Positions 50,903 to 60,248 of a stretch of 64,000 nt of DNA are shown here, piece by piece. The DNA lies in NCBI GenBank assembly GCA_028599125.1, contig JAQRMX010000004.1, positions 891 through 64,890 of the forward strand, given 5' to 3'. Positions within the stretch are counted from its first letter, which is position 1; each line of letters opens with the position of its first letter. The notes under the pieces were generated by a model. That model searched no databases. It saw only the letters and a program-made list of their open reading frames with translations, and was not told the origin of the DNA. Position numbers and translations under genes: made by a program. This DNA is from Alphaproteobacteria bacterium (lineage in GTDB: Bacteria; Pseudomonadota; Alphaproteobacteria; Rhizobiales; NORP267).

Positions 50903-52108
50903 TCATGTCCCGTCTGCTGAAATCTCCTTTTCTATCCCGCCACCTGAAAACAAGCCCGGCATTTCAAACAGTATCAAAGGCCCCAGAGAGACAGCTCCCT
51001 CTCTGACCGATAAAACCACTTCAAGACCGGGATGCCCTTCTACCTCGACCTGCTGAATTCCCAAAAAGGTTAGGGCCCCCGGAGAGGCAAAGTTCCCTGC
51101 TGACAAAACTCCCTCCCACCCAAAGGGTGGCCAACCAGACAAATGCTGTAGCCAGTTTTTTGTTACAGAGACGGTCATATCTCCTGAAAGACCCTCTGGG
51201 AGGGTCAGAGACAAATCACTTTTGAGCAATAAAATCCAGTTCATATGAGGCTCAAAAACAGCGTCTATTTTTTCAATCCGGAGACCCCAATCTTTCCAGA
51301 AGCTCGGCTCACAACATGTCTTCGGTCCAGAAAAAACCTCCCGCTGGTCAGAAGGAGATGCTGTAGATCGCAAAACAGCGTCAAAACTAATACGCTCAAA
51401 CAACTTTGATTTCACAGGACCGATAAGGGAACGCTTATAGTCATTCCCTTCAAACCAGGACAGGAAATCCACTTCACTAATCCATTCACCAAACCACGGA
51501 TCAAGGAAAAGAAAAGACCCGGAATAAGCAAAACGCTTCCCCTTCAGTGGACTGAAGGAGAACTCAGACCGTCTGAAACGCACTAAACCCGCGAATTCCT
51601 CCTTTTCAGCTATCGTTACCGGCTGACGGATTTCGAATCCATCAATACGGGTCTGTAAAACAGGGAATGAGGACCAACCCGAAAGCTCCGCATGAGCCCT
51701 GCGCCAACGGATCCGGAACAGAGTCTCCTCTGGGTCCTCCAGCCGTAAAATCCGAGCAGGACCCGTCAGATCAATAAAACGGAGCGAGAAAGGCGCACTC
51801 GGGAAACTCCTCAGGCGAATCGCCTCAAATGTTAATAAAAAGCGCGTCTTACCCTTCTCAAAAAAGAAAGAAGGCTTCCGGCAGGTCAACGCAAAATAAA
51901 AAGGGAAGCCTGATTTCTCCAGATCATCACAGCCCGTAAGCTGTAAATAATGTTCCCGTTCATTCTGCAAGAGAGCTAGTTTCTTTCCCGCCTTTCCGGA
52001 AAAAAAAGATATCGAAAAAAACCAAATGAAAGTCCAGACAAAAGCAAAAAAAAGAGTGGAAAGTACAATCACCCTCATATACATCAAAAAGCGCTTCATT
52101 CTGATCAT
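50903..52108 (-). CDS. Uncharacterised membrane-anchored protein (single N-terminal TM helix; possibly DUF2125-type)
   Basis: About 400-codon ORF. Start 'MIRMKRFL' is preceded by GGAGGA. TM helix 'VIVLSTLFFAFVWTFIWFFSISFF'. I recognise no catalytic motif; the family assignment is a weak recollection of synteny near hisC. Confidence 0.6.
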   Translation of the reverse strand: MIRMKRFLMYMRVIVLSTLFFAFVWTFIWFFSISFFSGKAGKKLALLQNEREHYLQLTGCDDLEKSGFPFYFALTCRKPSFFFEKGKTRFLLTFEAIRLRSFPSAPFSLRFIDLTGPARILRLEDPEETLFRIRWRRAHAELSGWSSFPVLQTRIDGFEIRQPVTIAEKEEFAGLVRFRRSEFSFSPLKGKRFAYSGSFLFLDPWFGEWISEVDFLSWFEGNDYKRSLIGPVKSKLFERISFDAVLRSTASPSDQREVFSGPKTCCEPSFWKDWGLRIEKIDAVFEPHMNWILLLKSDLSLTLPEGLSGDMTVSVTKNWLQHLSGWPPFGWEGVLSAGNFASPGALTFLGIQQVEVEGHPGLEVVLSVREGAVSLGPLILFEMPGLFSGGGIEKEISADGT

Positions 52109-52850
52109 TTTTCCTCCATATAGACCTTTTTTGTAAAGATGGATGAAGGACGAAAGCATCAGAAATCCATGTATCCCTCAGAAAAAAACAGCATAAACGA
52201 TTCTGATATGACGTAAAATAAACATGTATCCCGAAACAGAAGAAACTACACCAGAAGAAAAAAAACGTCGGAGCAAAAAGGAATATCTATACAGAGAACA
52301 GGTGCAGAAAGGAAAGCAAAACAGGAACCCGGAAAAAACAAAACCGGCTCTTTGCAGAAAAAACGAAAGTAAAAAAGAGACGGCCCTGTTAATCCTGTCA
52401 GGACTGTTGATCCTGATTAATTAGGAGCCAACTTTTGTAAGTAAGGCCCTTGCAAATAAAAATACAGGAGTTTTTCTTTCCATTAGGGAAAAAGCAATGA
52501 GAACAGAAAACAAAATAATCTTTGAATAGATTAACGCTCTTTTAACAAAAACGATTAGAATACCGTTCCATATCATACCCGGCTATCTTTTGGCGCTTGC
52601 CTTTTGCAGGTAAGGCCTTTTGGATAGCAGGAACCTGCATGAAAGACGTTGCCGCAGGGGCACTTTCTTTCCGGGACCCGGTCAGAGGATCCCCCCAAAG
52701 GGGAGAGATTAAATGGCTGCCTTTCAGAATTATCGGGATGGACGGGAACCTGCGGAGCCGAGACGATAAGGGGTATAAAAACAGGCAAAGCCTGTGTTGA
52801 AAGTGAGCGTAAGTTTTTGAAAAAAAGCACAAAACATTGTGAGGTATTGA

Positions 52851-53417
52851 ATGGACATACGTATAGTGGAAAAAACGCAGAGGGGAGCAGGGCAGCATAA
52901 TCGCATTTCACGGCTTCCTTTCTTGAGTAGCCTCCTCTTTACTCTCCTGTTTTTATCAACAGGAGAAGCCGCATCAAAGGCACCGCACCTCATCACGCAG
53001 AAAGGAGACTGGGCTGCCTATAGTGTCCCCATGAAAGACGGAAAAACATGCTACGTCGTGTCACAGCCAAAGGACCAGAATCCTAAAAATGTGCGCCGCG
53101 ACCCAAGCTATTTCTTTGTTACCATCCGTCCCAGAGAAAAAATCCGGAACCAGGTCAGTGTCACCATCGGCTACCCCTTCGCTAATAAAAAGCGCGCGTC
53201 AGCCGAGGTGAAGGGCAAGAGTTTTGCCCTGTTTACAAAAGATGACAAGGCATGGATAGAAAATCTCTCAGAGCAGGACAGTCTTGTCAGCGCGATGAAA
53301 AAAGGAGCGACAATGACTGTCAGGGGGATCTCCCGCCGCGGAACACACACCGTTGACTCCTACTCCCTGAGCGGGATCACACAAGCCCTGCAAGCAGCAC
53401 ATAACGCCTGCAGATAG
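52851..53417 (+). CDS. Invasion-associated locus B (IalB) family protein, secreted
   Basis: Signal peptide 'LPFLSSLLFTLLFLSTGEAAS'. 'KGDWAAYS....GKTCYVVSQP', 'DPSYFFVTIRP', 'AWIEN', 'MKKGATMTVRGISRRGTHTVDSYSLSGITQAL' fit the IalB-like pattern. Located upstream of rlmN. Confidence 0.8.
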   Translation: MDIRIVEKTQRGAGQHNRISRLPFLSSLLFTLLFLSTGEAASKAPHLITQKGDWAAYSVPMKDGKTCYVVSQPKDQNPKNVRRDPSYFFVTIRPREKIRNQVSVTIGYPFANKKRASAEVKGKSFALFTKDDKAWIENLSEQDSLVSAMKKGATMTVRGISRRGTHTVDSYSLSGITQALQAAHNACR

Positions 53418-53753
53418 AGATAGAACGATAGGGTTCTCCGGATAGCCGTCTACTGTTGCACTGCTTCCTTTTGTGCTGCGGCCTCGCCCCTTTGTGCTTC
53501 CCGGCATCCCTGCCGCTGGCGTCACGCCTCTCACTCGGGGACTTACGGTGGAATAAGATCCGGGATAACCCAAAGAATAAAAAGAGAGGTTGACTCCGGA
53601 AGGAGTCTTCACACAATAAAATCCCCTTGCACTGAAATAAATTTAAAACGACACTACGAAAAACCTAGTGAATCATAAGGGCAACTCTTTTTTTCAACCG
53701 GAACGCTCTCATTCTTTTTCTTTTACAGAGCAGCATAACAAACGCAGGGGCAC

Positions 53754-55013
53754 ATGAAAACGCAGATCAATATCGCTTGCGGGAATTCCTCTCTCCATAA
53801 TCCTCCGGAATCAATTGATCCGAATTCCCGGAAACGCAAGCTTATCGGCCTCCCCCGCGAAATGATGAAAGAAGAACTCGCCAAAGCCGGTCTCCCCCTC
53901 GAGCAGATCAACATGCGCGTTGCGCAATTGTGGAACTGGATCTATGTCAGAGGCGCAACCGGATTTCCTGAAATGATGTCCCTGAGTAAAACGGTCCGCT
54001 CAACGCTGAATCAGCATTTCACACTCACACGCCCCGAGATCGTCAACAGACAGATATCGACGGACGGAACACGGAAGTGGCTCCTGCGCACGCAAGGAGA
54101 CGGGACAGAAAATTCTTCCCCGGGGGACCCCTTCGTCGATTTTGAATGTGTTTTCATCCCTGAAGCAAAACGCGGAACATTGTGCCTGTCCAGTCAGGTT
54201 GGCTGTACGCTTAATTGCTCCTTCTGCTATACAGGCACACAACGTTTGGTGCGAAACCTGACCAGCGCAGAAATCGTAGGCCAAATCATGGTTGCGCGGG
54301 ATGAAATAGGCGAATGGCCGGGAGTCCCCCGCACAACGGAAGGCCCTCTCCCTGATACGGAAAGGATGATCACCAATATCGTCCTCATGGGGATGGGGGA
54401 ACCCCTCTATAATTTTGAAAATACGCAGACCGCAATGAATATTGCGGCCGATAATGCCGGCCTCAATTTTTCCAAACGCCGCATCACCCTCTCAACTTCC
54501 GGTGTCGCTCCAAAGATCCCTCTGTGGGGAGCTGAAACAGACAGTATGCTGGCAATTTCCTTGCACGCAACACGTGATTCTCTTCGCGATATCCTTGTTC
54601 CCATCAATAAAAAATACCCGATTGAAACCTTGCTTGCAGCGTGCCGATCCTATCCGGGGCTCGGGAATGCACGCCGCATCACTTTTGAATATGTGATGCT
54701 AAAAGATGTCAATGACAGTGACGAAGATGCAAAAGCCCTCGTTAAGCTTCTTGCAGGTATCCCGGCTAAAATCAATCTCATTCCCTTCAATTCATGGCCC
54801 GGATCCGGATATGACTGTCCACAGTCGGAACGCATTGAGAAATTTGCGCAGATTATCAACAAAGCAGGATATGCAAGCCCTGTCCGTGCGCCGCGCGGAC
54901 GGGACATTATGGCCGCCTGCGGGCAGCTGAAATCCGAAAGTGAAAAGAGCCACAACAGAAATCACAAAAAACATGAGAGCATTCCGGAATCTGGCAAAGA
55001 ACAACAGCAGTAA
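53754..55013 (+). CDS. rlmN: 23S rRNA/tRNA (adenine-C2)-methyltransferase RlmN (radical SAM)
   Basis: '[14 protein letters not shown]', 'DGTRKWLL', radical-SAM '[16 protein letters not shown]', 'GMGEPLYN', 'LAISLHA', '[11 protein letters not shown]', 'ACGQL'. Confidence 0.96.
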   Translation: MKTQINIACGNSSLHNPPESIDPNSRKRKLIGLPREMMKEELAKAGLPLEQINMRVAQLWNWIYVRGATGFPEMMSLSKTVRSTLNQHFTLTRPEIVNRQISTDGTRKWLLRTQGDGTENSSPGDPFVDFECVFIPEAKRGTLCLSSQVGCTLNCSFCYTGTQRLVRNLTSAEIVGQIMVARDEIGEWPGVPRTTEGPLPDTERMITNIVLMGMGEPLYNFENTQTAMNIAADNAGLNFSKRRITLSTSGVAPKIPLWGAETDSMLAISLHATRDSLRDILVPINKKYPIETLLAACRSYPGLGNARRITFEYVMLKDVNDSDEDAKALVKLLAGIPAKINLIPFNSWPGSGYDCPQSERIEKFAQIINKAGYASPVRAPRGRDIMAACGQLKSESEKSHNRNHKKHESIPESGKEQQQ

Positions 55014-55253
55014 ACAGCCAAAAGGAATGAGAAGAAGAAAAATGCAAGAAATGAAGACGGAAGAGACCGGAGACATAACAGAAAAGAAACTTGACAGCTC
55101 GTCACAATAGCTTCATCAAAAAACAGTCGGGTTCAGTTTTCACGGGGATATGTTCCCTGCTATGTATCACGGTTGGAGGCAGAGGAGCGGAGCTTATGGA
55201 ATCCAAACCTCAGATATCCATAGCCGGAAAATCCGAGACCGGGGGGGGGAAAA

Positions 55254-56534
55254 ATGTCGTCACAAAAAGCTGCAAATAAAATTGTCCTTGCTTATTCAGG
55301 AGGACTTGATACCTCCCTCATTCTCAAATGGCTTCAGGAAACCTATAAAGCACAGGTCATTACCTTCACCGCTGATTTGGGCCAAGGAGACGAACTTGAG
55401 GGCACAAGAAAGAAGGCACAGGACGGAGGCGCAGAAGAAATTTATATCAAGGATCTTCGTGAGGAATTTGTCCGCGATTACGTCTTTCCCATGTTTCGTG
55501 CCAATGCCCTCTATGAAGGGGCTTATCTACTCGGTACGTCTATCGCGCGCCCCCTCATCGCAAAATACCTGATTGATATCGCATCTCAGACTGGCGCACA
55601 GATCATCGCGCATGGTGCCACAGGAAAGGGAAATGACCAGATCAGGTTTGAATTGTCCGCTTATGCCCTCGATCCTCACATAAAAATCATTGCACCCTGG
55701 CGGGAATGGAGCTTCAAAAGCCGGACAGACCTCCTCGCTTTTGCCAAAGCGAAAAATATCCCTGTCCCTACAGACAAAAAGGGAGAGGCCCCCTTCTCCG
55801 TTGATTCAAATCTCCTTCACTCTTCTTCCGAGGGAAAAATACTTGAGGACCCGTGGTGTGAAGCACCGGAAGATGTTTATCAACGGACCATCAGCCCCAT
55901 GAACGCGCCTGATAATGTCACAGAGATCACAATCGGCTTTGAAAAGGGCGATCCGGTTTCTCTTGACCATGTCTCCCTTTCTCCCGCAAATATGCTCTCC
56001 AAACTCAATGAATTGGGCAAAGAAAATGGAATCGGACGTGTTGATCTGGTTGAAAACCGCTTCCTCGGCATGAAAAATCGCGGAATCTATGAAACACCGG
56101 GTGGCTCCATCCTCTATCAGACGCGCCGCGCTGTTGAATCCCTTACCCTTGACCGAGAAGCGGCCCATCTCAAGGAAGACTTGGCCCCCCGTTACGCAAG
56201 ACTGGTCTATAACGGGTTCTGGTTCTCCCCGGAACGCGAAATGCTTCAGGCTTTAATTGACGAAAGTCAGAAAAATGTCACGGGGGAGGTTCGGGTGAAA
56301 TTATACAAGGGAAATATCATCCTCACAGGTCGGCGCTCCCCGAAAACTCTCTATTCCAGCCAGATTGTAACCTTTGAAGATGATCAGGGTGCCTATAACC
56401 AGAAAGATGCAGAGGGCTTCATTCGCCTACAGGCCCTGCGCCTGCGACAGGAAGCGGCCCGTAAACAGACCGAAAATCCCTTAAAAAAAGACAATAATGA
56501 AAAAAAAAACATAAGAAATGAAAAAAAAACATAA
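55254..56534 (+). CDS. argG: Argininosuccinate synthase (type I)
   Basis: '[13 protein letters not shown]', '[14 protein letters not shown]', '[13 protein letters not shown]', '[18 protein letters not shown]'. About 25-residue Lys/Asn-rich C-terminal tail. Confidence 0.97.
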   Translation: MSSQKAANKIVLAYSGGLDTSLILKWLQETYKAQVITFTADLGQGDELEGTRKKAQDGGAEEIYIKDLREEFVRDYVFPMFRANALYEGAYLLGTSIARPLIAKYLIDIASQTGAQIIAHGATGKGNDQIRFELSAYALDPHIKIIAPWREWSFKSRTDLLAFAKAKNIPVPTDKKGEAPFSVDSNLLHSSSEGKILEDPWCEAPEDVYQRTISPMNAPDNVTEITIGFEKGDPVSLDHVSLSPANMLSKLNELGKENGIGRVDLVENRFLGMKNRGIYETPGGSILYQTRRAVESLTLDREAAHLKEDLAPRYARLVYNGFWFSPEREMLQALIDESQKNVTGEVRVKLYKGNIILTGRRSPKTLYSSQIVTFEDDQGAYNQKDAEGFIRLQALRLRQEAARKQTENPLKKDNNEKKNIRNEKKT

Positions 56535-56768
56535 GAGGGGCATGCTGAAATACAGGGGCCGGAAAGCCTTTTGCAAAAACAGACCGATCTTTTCATCGTG
56601 ACCCACTCTCAAAACTATATACTATTGCCTTCTGCAGCTTTTTCCCTATAGTTAACCACCCACACCTCAATAAACGGACCTGTCATAAGCCCTCCCGCGT
56701 CTCCCCCCTAAAAAAATAAAATCCGGTGGGGGGGGGCGAAAGAAAGCTGAAAATAACGGAAACAAAAA

Positions 56769-58574
56769 ATGAGTTTGAGAAATATCGCGATCATTGCCCA
56801 TGTGGACCATGGGAAAACGACGTTGATTGACGTCATGTTGAGACAGGCCGGAACATTCCGGGAGAATCAACAAGTCATAGAACGAGTCATGGATTCCAAT
56901 GAACTCGAACGTGAACGGGGCATCACCATCCTCGCAAAGGTCACGTCTCTGCAAATTAAAGAGGACAGAATTAATATCGTTGATACGCCGGGGCATGCTG
57001 ATTTCTCCGGCGAGGTTGAGCGTATCCTCAACATGGTTGATGGTGTGGTTGTTCTCGTTGATGCTGCGGAAGGTCCCATGCCGCAGACCAAATTCGTTCT
57101 CTCCAAGGCCCTTAGCCTCGGCTTTCGTCCTATTGTGGTCATTAACAAAATCGACAAGCAGGAAGCCCGACCGGATGAGGTCATTAACGAAGTCTTTGAT
57201 CTCTTCGCAGCCCTTGATGCCACAGATCAGCAATTGGATTTTCCTATCCTCTACGGGTCCGCAAAACAAAAATGGATGGACACAAGCCTTTCTGGAACCC
57301 GTGAGGGTATGCAACCCCTCTTCGATATGATCCTGCAACATGTCCCGCAACCTCGTGTGGAAGAGGGCAATTTCCGGATGCTCGTGACAACACTGGAAGC
57401 TGATCCCTATCTCGGGCGTATTCTGACCGGACGGATCTTCTCCGGGGCTGTAAAACCAAATGACCTCATCAAGGCTATCGGAAGGGAAGGAAACCTGATC
57501 GAAACAGGGCGTATCTCCAAAATTCTTGCTTTCCGGGGGCCTGAACGACAGCCAATCGAACAAGCAGAAGCCGGAGATATCGTTGCTATCGCAGGCCTGT
57601 CTAACGCTACCGTTTCTCATACTCTTTGTGATCAGAAAATTAACAACCCTTTGCCTGCACAGCCCGTTGATCCACCCACACTGGCTATGACATTCCGGAT
57701 CAATGACGGCCCCCTCGCCGGGACTGAGGGCGCAAAGGTCCAAAGCCGCGTCATACGGGAACGACTACTACAGGAAGCAGAAGGCAATATCGCGCTGCGT
57801 ATCTCGGAAACAGAAAATGCCGAAGCCTTTGAAGTCGCCGGACGCGGTGAACTCCAGCTCGCTATCCTGATCGAGACAATGCGCAGAGAAGGATTTGAAC
57901 TCTGTATCGGACGACCACATGTCCTCTTTTCCAAAGATGATGCGGGCGTGCGGATGGAACCTATGGAAGAAGTCACGATTGACGTTGATGATGATTTTTC
58001 TGGAATCGTTGTGCAAAAATTGACCCAGCGCCGGGCAACCCTCATACAAATGCGGTCATCCGGGCAGGGACGGCAACGACTCATCTTTCACGCCCCCACC
58101 AGAGGTCTGATCGGTTATCAGAGCGAACTTATGTCAGATACACGCGGTACCGCTCTGATGAACCGCAGTTTCGAGGCCTATGCCCCACATCTGGGAGCCA
58201 TCCTTTCCAGGCACAATGGCGTTCTGATCGCCAATGGCGACGGTGAAGCAGCAGCTTACGCGCTCTGGAACTTGCAAGACCGCGGGCATCTCTTTATTGA
58301 ACCGGGAACAAAGGTTTATAGCGGCATGATCGTGGGGGAACATACGCGCGAAAATGATCTAGAAATAAACGTCACCAAAAGTAAAAAGCTAACAAATGTC
58401 CGTGCCTCAGGAAAAGATGAGAATATCCAGTTATCACCTCCAGTTCCCATGGGACTGGACAAGGCCTTATCTTTCATTACAGACAATGAACTTGTTGAAG
58501 TGACACCACTGTCAATCCGGCTGCGCAAAACCCTGCTTGACCCGAATGAGCGCAAACGGAATAAGCGCAAATAA
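56769..58574 (+). CDS. typA: Translational GTPase TypA/BipA
   Basis: 'LRNIAIIAHVDHGKTTL', 'DTPGHADFSGEVER', 'INKIDK', and a BipA-type C-terminal domain. Confidence 0.97.
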   Translation: MSLRNIAIIAHVDHGKTTLIDVMLRQAGTFRENQQVIERVMDSNELERERGITILAKVTSLQIKEDRINIVDTPGHADFSGEVERILNMVDGVVVLVDAAEGPMPQTKFVLSKALSLGFRPIVVINKIDKQEARPDEVINEVFDLFAALDATDQQLDFPILYGSAKQKWMDTSLSGTREGMQPLFDMILQHVPQPRVEEGNFRMLVTTLEADPYLGRILTGRIFSGAVKPNDLIKAIGREGNLIETGRISKILAFRGPERQPIEQAEAGDIVAIAGLSNATVSHTLCDQKINNPLPAQPVDPPTLAMTFRINDGPLAGTEGAKVQSRVIRERLLQEAEGNIALRISETENAEAFEVAGRGELQLAILIETMRREGFELCIGRPHVLFSKDDAGVRMEPMEEVTIDVDDDFSGIVVQKLTQRRATLIQMRSSGQGRQRLIFHAPTRGLIGYQSELMSDTRGTALMNRSFEAYAPHLGAILSRHNGVLIANGDGEAAAYALWNLQDRGHLFIEPGTKVYSGMIVGEHTRENDLEINVTKSKKLTNVRASGKDENIQLSPPVPMGLDKALSFITDNELVEVTPLSIRLRKTLLDPNERKRNKRK

Positions 58575-58707
58575 GATAAGCAAACAAAGGGAGAACTTTA
58601 AAAAAACATCTGGAAAACGTGACATGAATTCACTGGTTATGCCGCGTGAATAGGACAAAAAGGTCACTGATTGCAGATAAAACAAGGTACCGGGGAAAAC
58701 TCATACA

Positions 58708-59388
58708 TCATAGCCCTTCCCTCATTCTGCCCCCACCTATCACACCAACACGGTCACAAAGATGATGCAGGACATCAAGATCATGACCTACAAAAAAGTA
58801 AGTCAGCCCTTGTTTTGCACGCAAATTTGAAAGAAGATTCAAAATTCCTGCCTGCACAGATGCGTCCAAAGAGGATGTCGGTTCATCTAGAAGCAAAACC
58901 CGTGGCGCACCAACAAGCGCACGCGCAATCGCAACACGTTGACGTTGCCCGCCTGATAGTTGATGCGGATAACGAAAACGGAACGTAATATCCAGCCCAA
59001 CATCTTCAAGGACACGCGCAATCTCATCGCTTTTCGGCTTTTTAGAAGAGCCCATTGCCAATATCAAAGCTTGCTCTACCGTATGAAGAGGATGCAATGA
59101 ACCATAAGGATCCTGAAAAACCATTTGTACCATTTTGTAAAAGCGCTTATCACGCGGATAAGGAATAAGACGCCCCTGAATCCGTAAAATGCCCGAAGAA
59201 AAGGGAACAAGACCGCAGATAGCGCGCAGCAAGGTGGATTTCCCGCAACCAGACTCCCCCGTCAATCCAAAACTCTCACCTTCAAAAACAGAAAAACTGA
59301 CCTTGTTCAGGATACAAACTTCACTCCCGTTGCGCCTATAAGACACCGTCACATCCTCAGCTCCAATCATCTCGATGCAACCGGTCAT
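58708..59388 (-). CDS. Peptide/nickel ABC transporter ATP-binding protein (DppF/OppF-like)
   Basis: Walker A 'GESGCGKST', signature 'LSGGQRQRVAIARAL', Walker B 'LLLDEPTSSLD'. Start 'MTGCIEM' is preceded by AGGAG; the ORF-track N-terminus overlaps the upstream gene. Confidence 0.88.
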   Translation of the reverse strand: MTGCIEMIGAEDVTVSYRRNGSEVCILNKVSFSVFEGESFGLTGESGCGKSTLLRAICGLVPFSSGILRIQGRLIPYPRDKRFYKMVQMVFQDPYGSLHPLHTVEQALILAMGSSKKPKSDEIARVLEDVGLDITFRFRYPHQLSGGQRQRVAIARALVGAPRVLLLDEPTSSLDASVQAGILNLLSNLRAKQGLTYFFVGHDLDVLHHLCDRVGVIGGGRMREGL

Positions 59389-59399
59389 ATGTGGCTCTC

Positions 59400-60248
59400 C
59401 TAAGCGCCCCGCCTTTGAAATGAGGAAGGTAAAGACGGCAAAATCGTACGAGGGGCTGAAACATCCGGGAGACATTTCAAAAGACCCTGCGTGTAAGGAT
59501 GACGGGACTCCCACAGATCTGATGCAGATATCTCTTCCATAATCTGCCCCCTGAACATGACAATAACCCGATCACAAAATGACGATACAAGCTTTAAATC
59601 ATGGCTTACAAGAAGCAGGCTCATCCCTTGCTGGGTTACAAAATCATTAAAAATTGACAAGATATCACTCCGCGTAACATTATCCATACCAGATATAGAC
59701 TCATCTGCGATCAATAAATCCGGCCGGGGCATAAGCATCATAGCAATCAAAGCACGTTGACACATCCCCCCGGAAAGCTCATGCGGATAGGCAGAAAAAA
59801 CGAAATCGGGGTCCCGAAATCCGACTTTCTTGAGCATAAACAAACCCTGCTCACGGACGTCTGACTTTCCTGAACCAAGAGATAAAAAACAGCTCTCGCA
59901 AAGCTGAGCCCCGATTTTCATAGAAGGATTAAAGGCATGGCGCGGATCTTGCATGACCATAGACATCCGGCTTCCGCACAAAAGGCGACGCTGCTTTCGA
60001 TTCAGAGACAGAAGATCCTGGCCATCAAAAGATAAACGACGCGCCGTCACCTGACCGGGTGCAGACGTCAGACCCATAATCGCACGGACAATTTGTGATT
60101 TTCCGGAACCTGACTCGCCGATAATGGCAAGACGCTCTTGACACGACATCGTAAAGTGAACGCCACGAACCACTTCAATCATTTCCCTGTCTCCAGGAAA
60201 GCTGACACGAAGATCGGCAATGTCAAGCAAGGGAGAAGAGCTGCTCAT
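59400..60248 (-). CDS. Peptide/nickel ABC transporter ATP-binding protein (DppD/OppD-like)
   Basis: Walker A 'GESGSGKSQ', 'LSGGMCQRALIAM', 'LLIADESISGMD'. Start 'MSSSSPLLDIADLRV' forms an ATGA overlap with the permease stop. Confidence 0.88.
   Translation of the reverse strand: MSSSSPLLDIADLRVSFPGDREMIEVVRGVHFTMSCQERLAIIGESGSGKSQIVRAIMGLTSAPGQVTARRLSFDGQDLLSLNRKQRRLLCGSRMSMVMQDPRHAFNPSMKIGAQLCESCFLSLGSGKSDVREQGLFMLKKVGFRDPDFVFSAYPHELSGGMCQRALIAMMLMPRPDLLIADESISGMDNVTRSDILSIFNDFVTQQGMSLLLVSHDLKLVSSFCDRVIVMFRGQIMEEISASDLWESRHPYTQGLLKCLPDVSAPRTILPSLPSSFQRRGA

Noticed and set aside
53592-53607. GACTCC-GGAA-GGAGTC hairpin as SRP (4.5S) RNA helix 8
   Set aside because: The GGAA tetraloop fits, but the stem is perfectly paired. 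It lacks the conserved asymmetric and symmetric internal loops (AGCA and GGUCA-type strands) that define SRP RNA domain IV. I kept it only as part of the structured-island finding.
56667-57743. 358-codon ORF antisense to the typA GTPase domain
   Set aside because: It lies entirely inside and opposite a highly conserved gene, has no recognisable motifs or RBS, and its N-terminus translates the poly-C/poly-G leader. Long stop-free antisense frames opposite conserved GTPase genes are a known codon-bias artefact.
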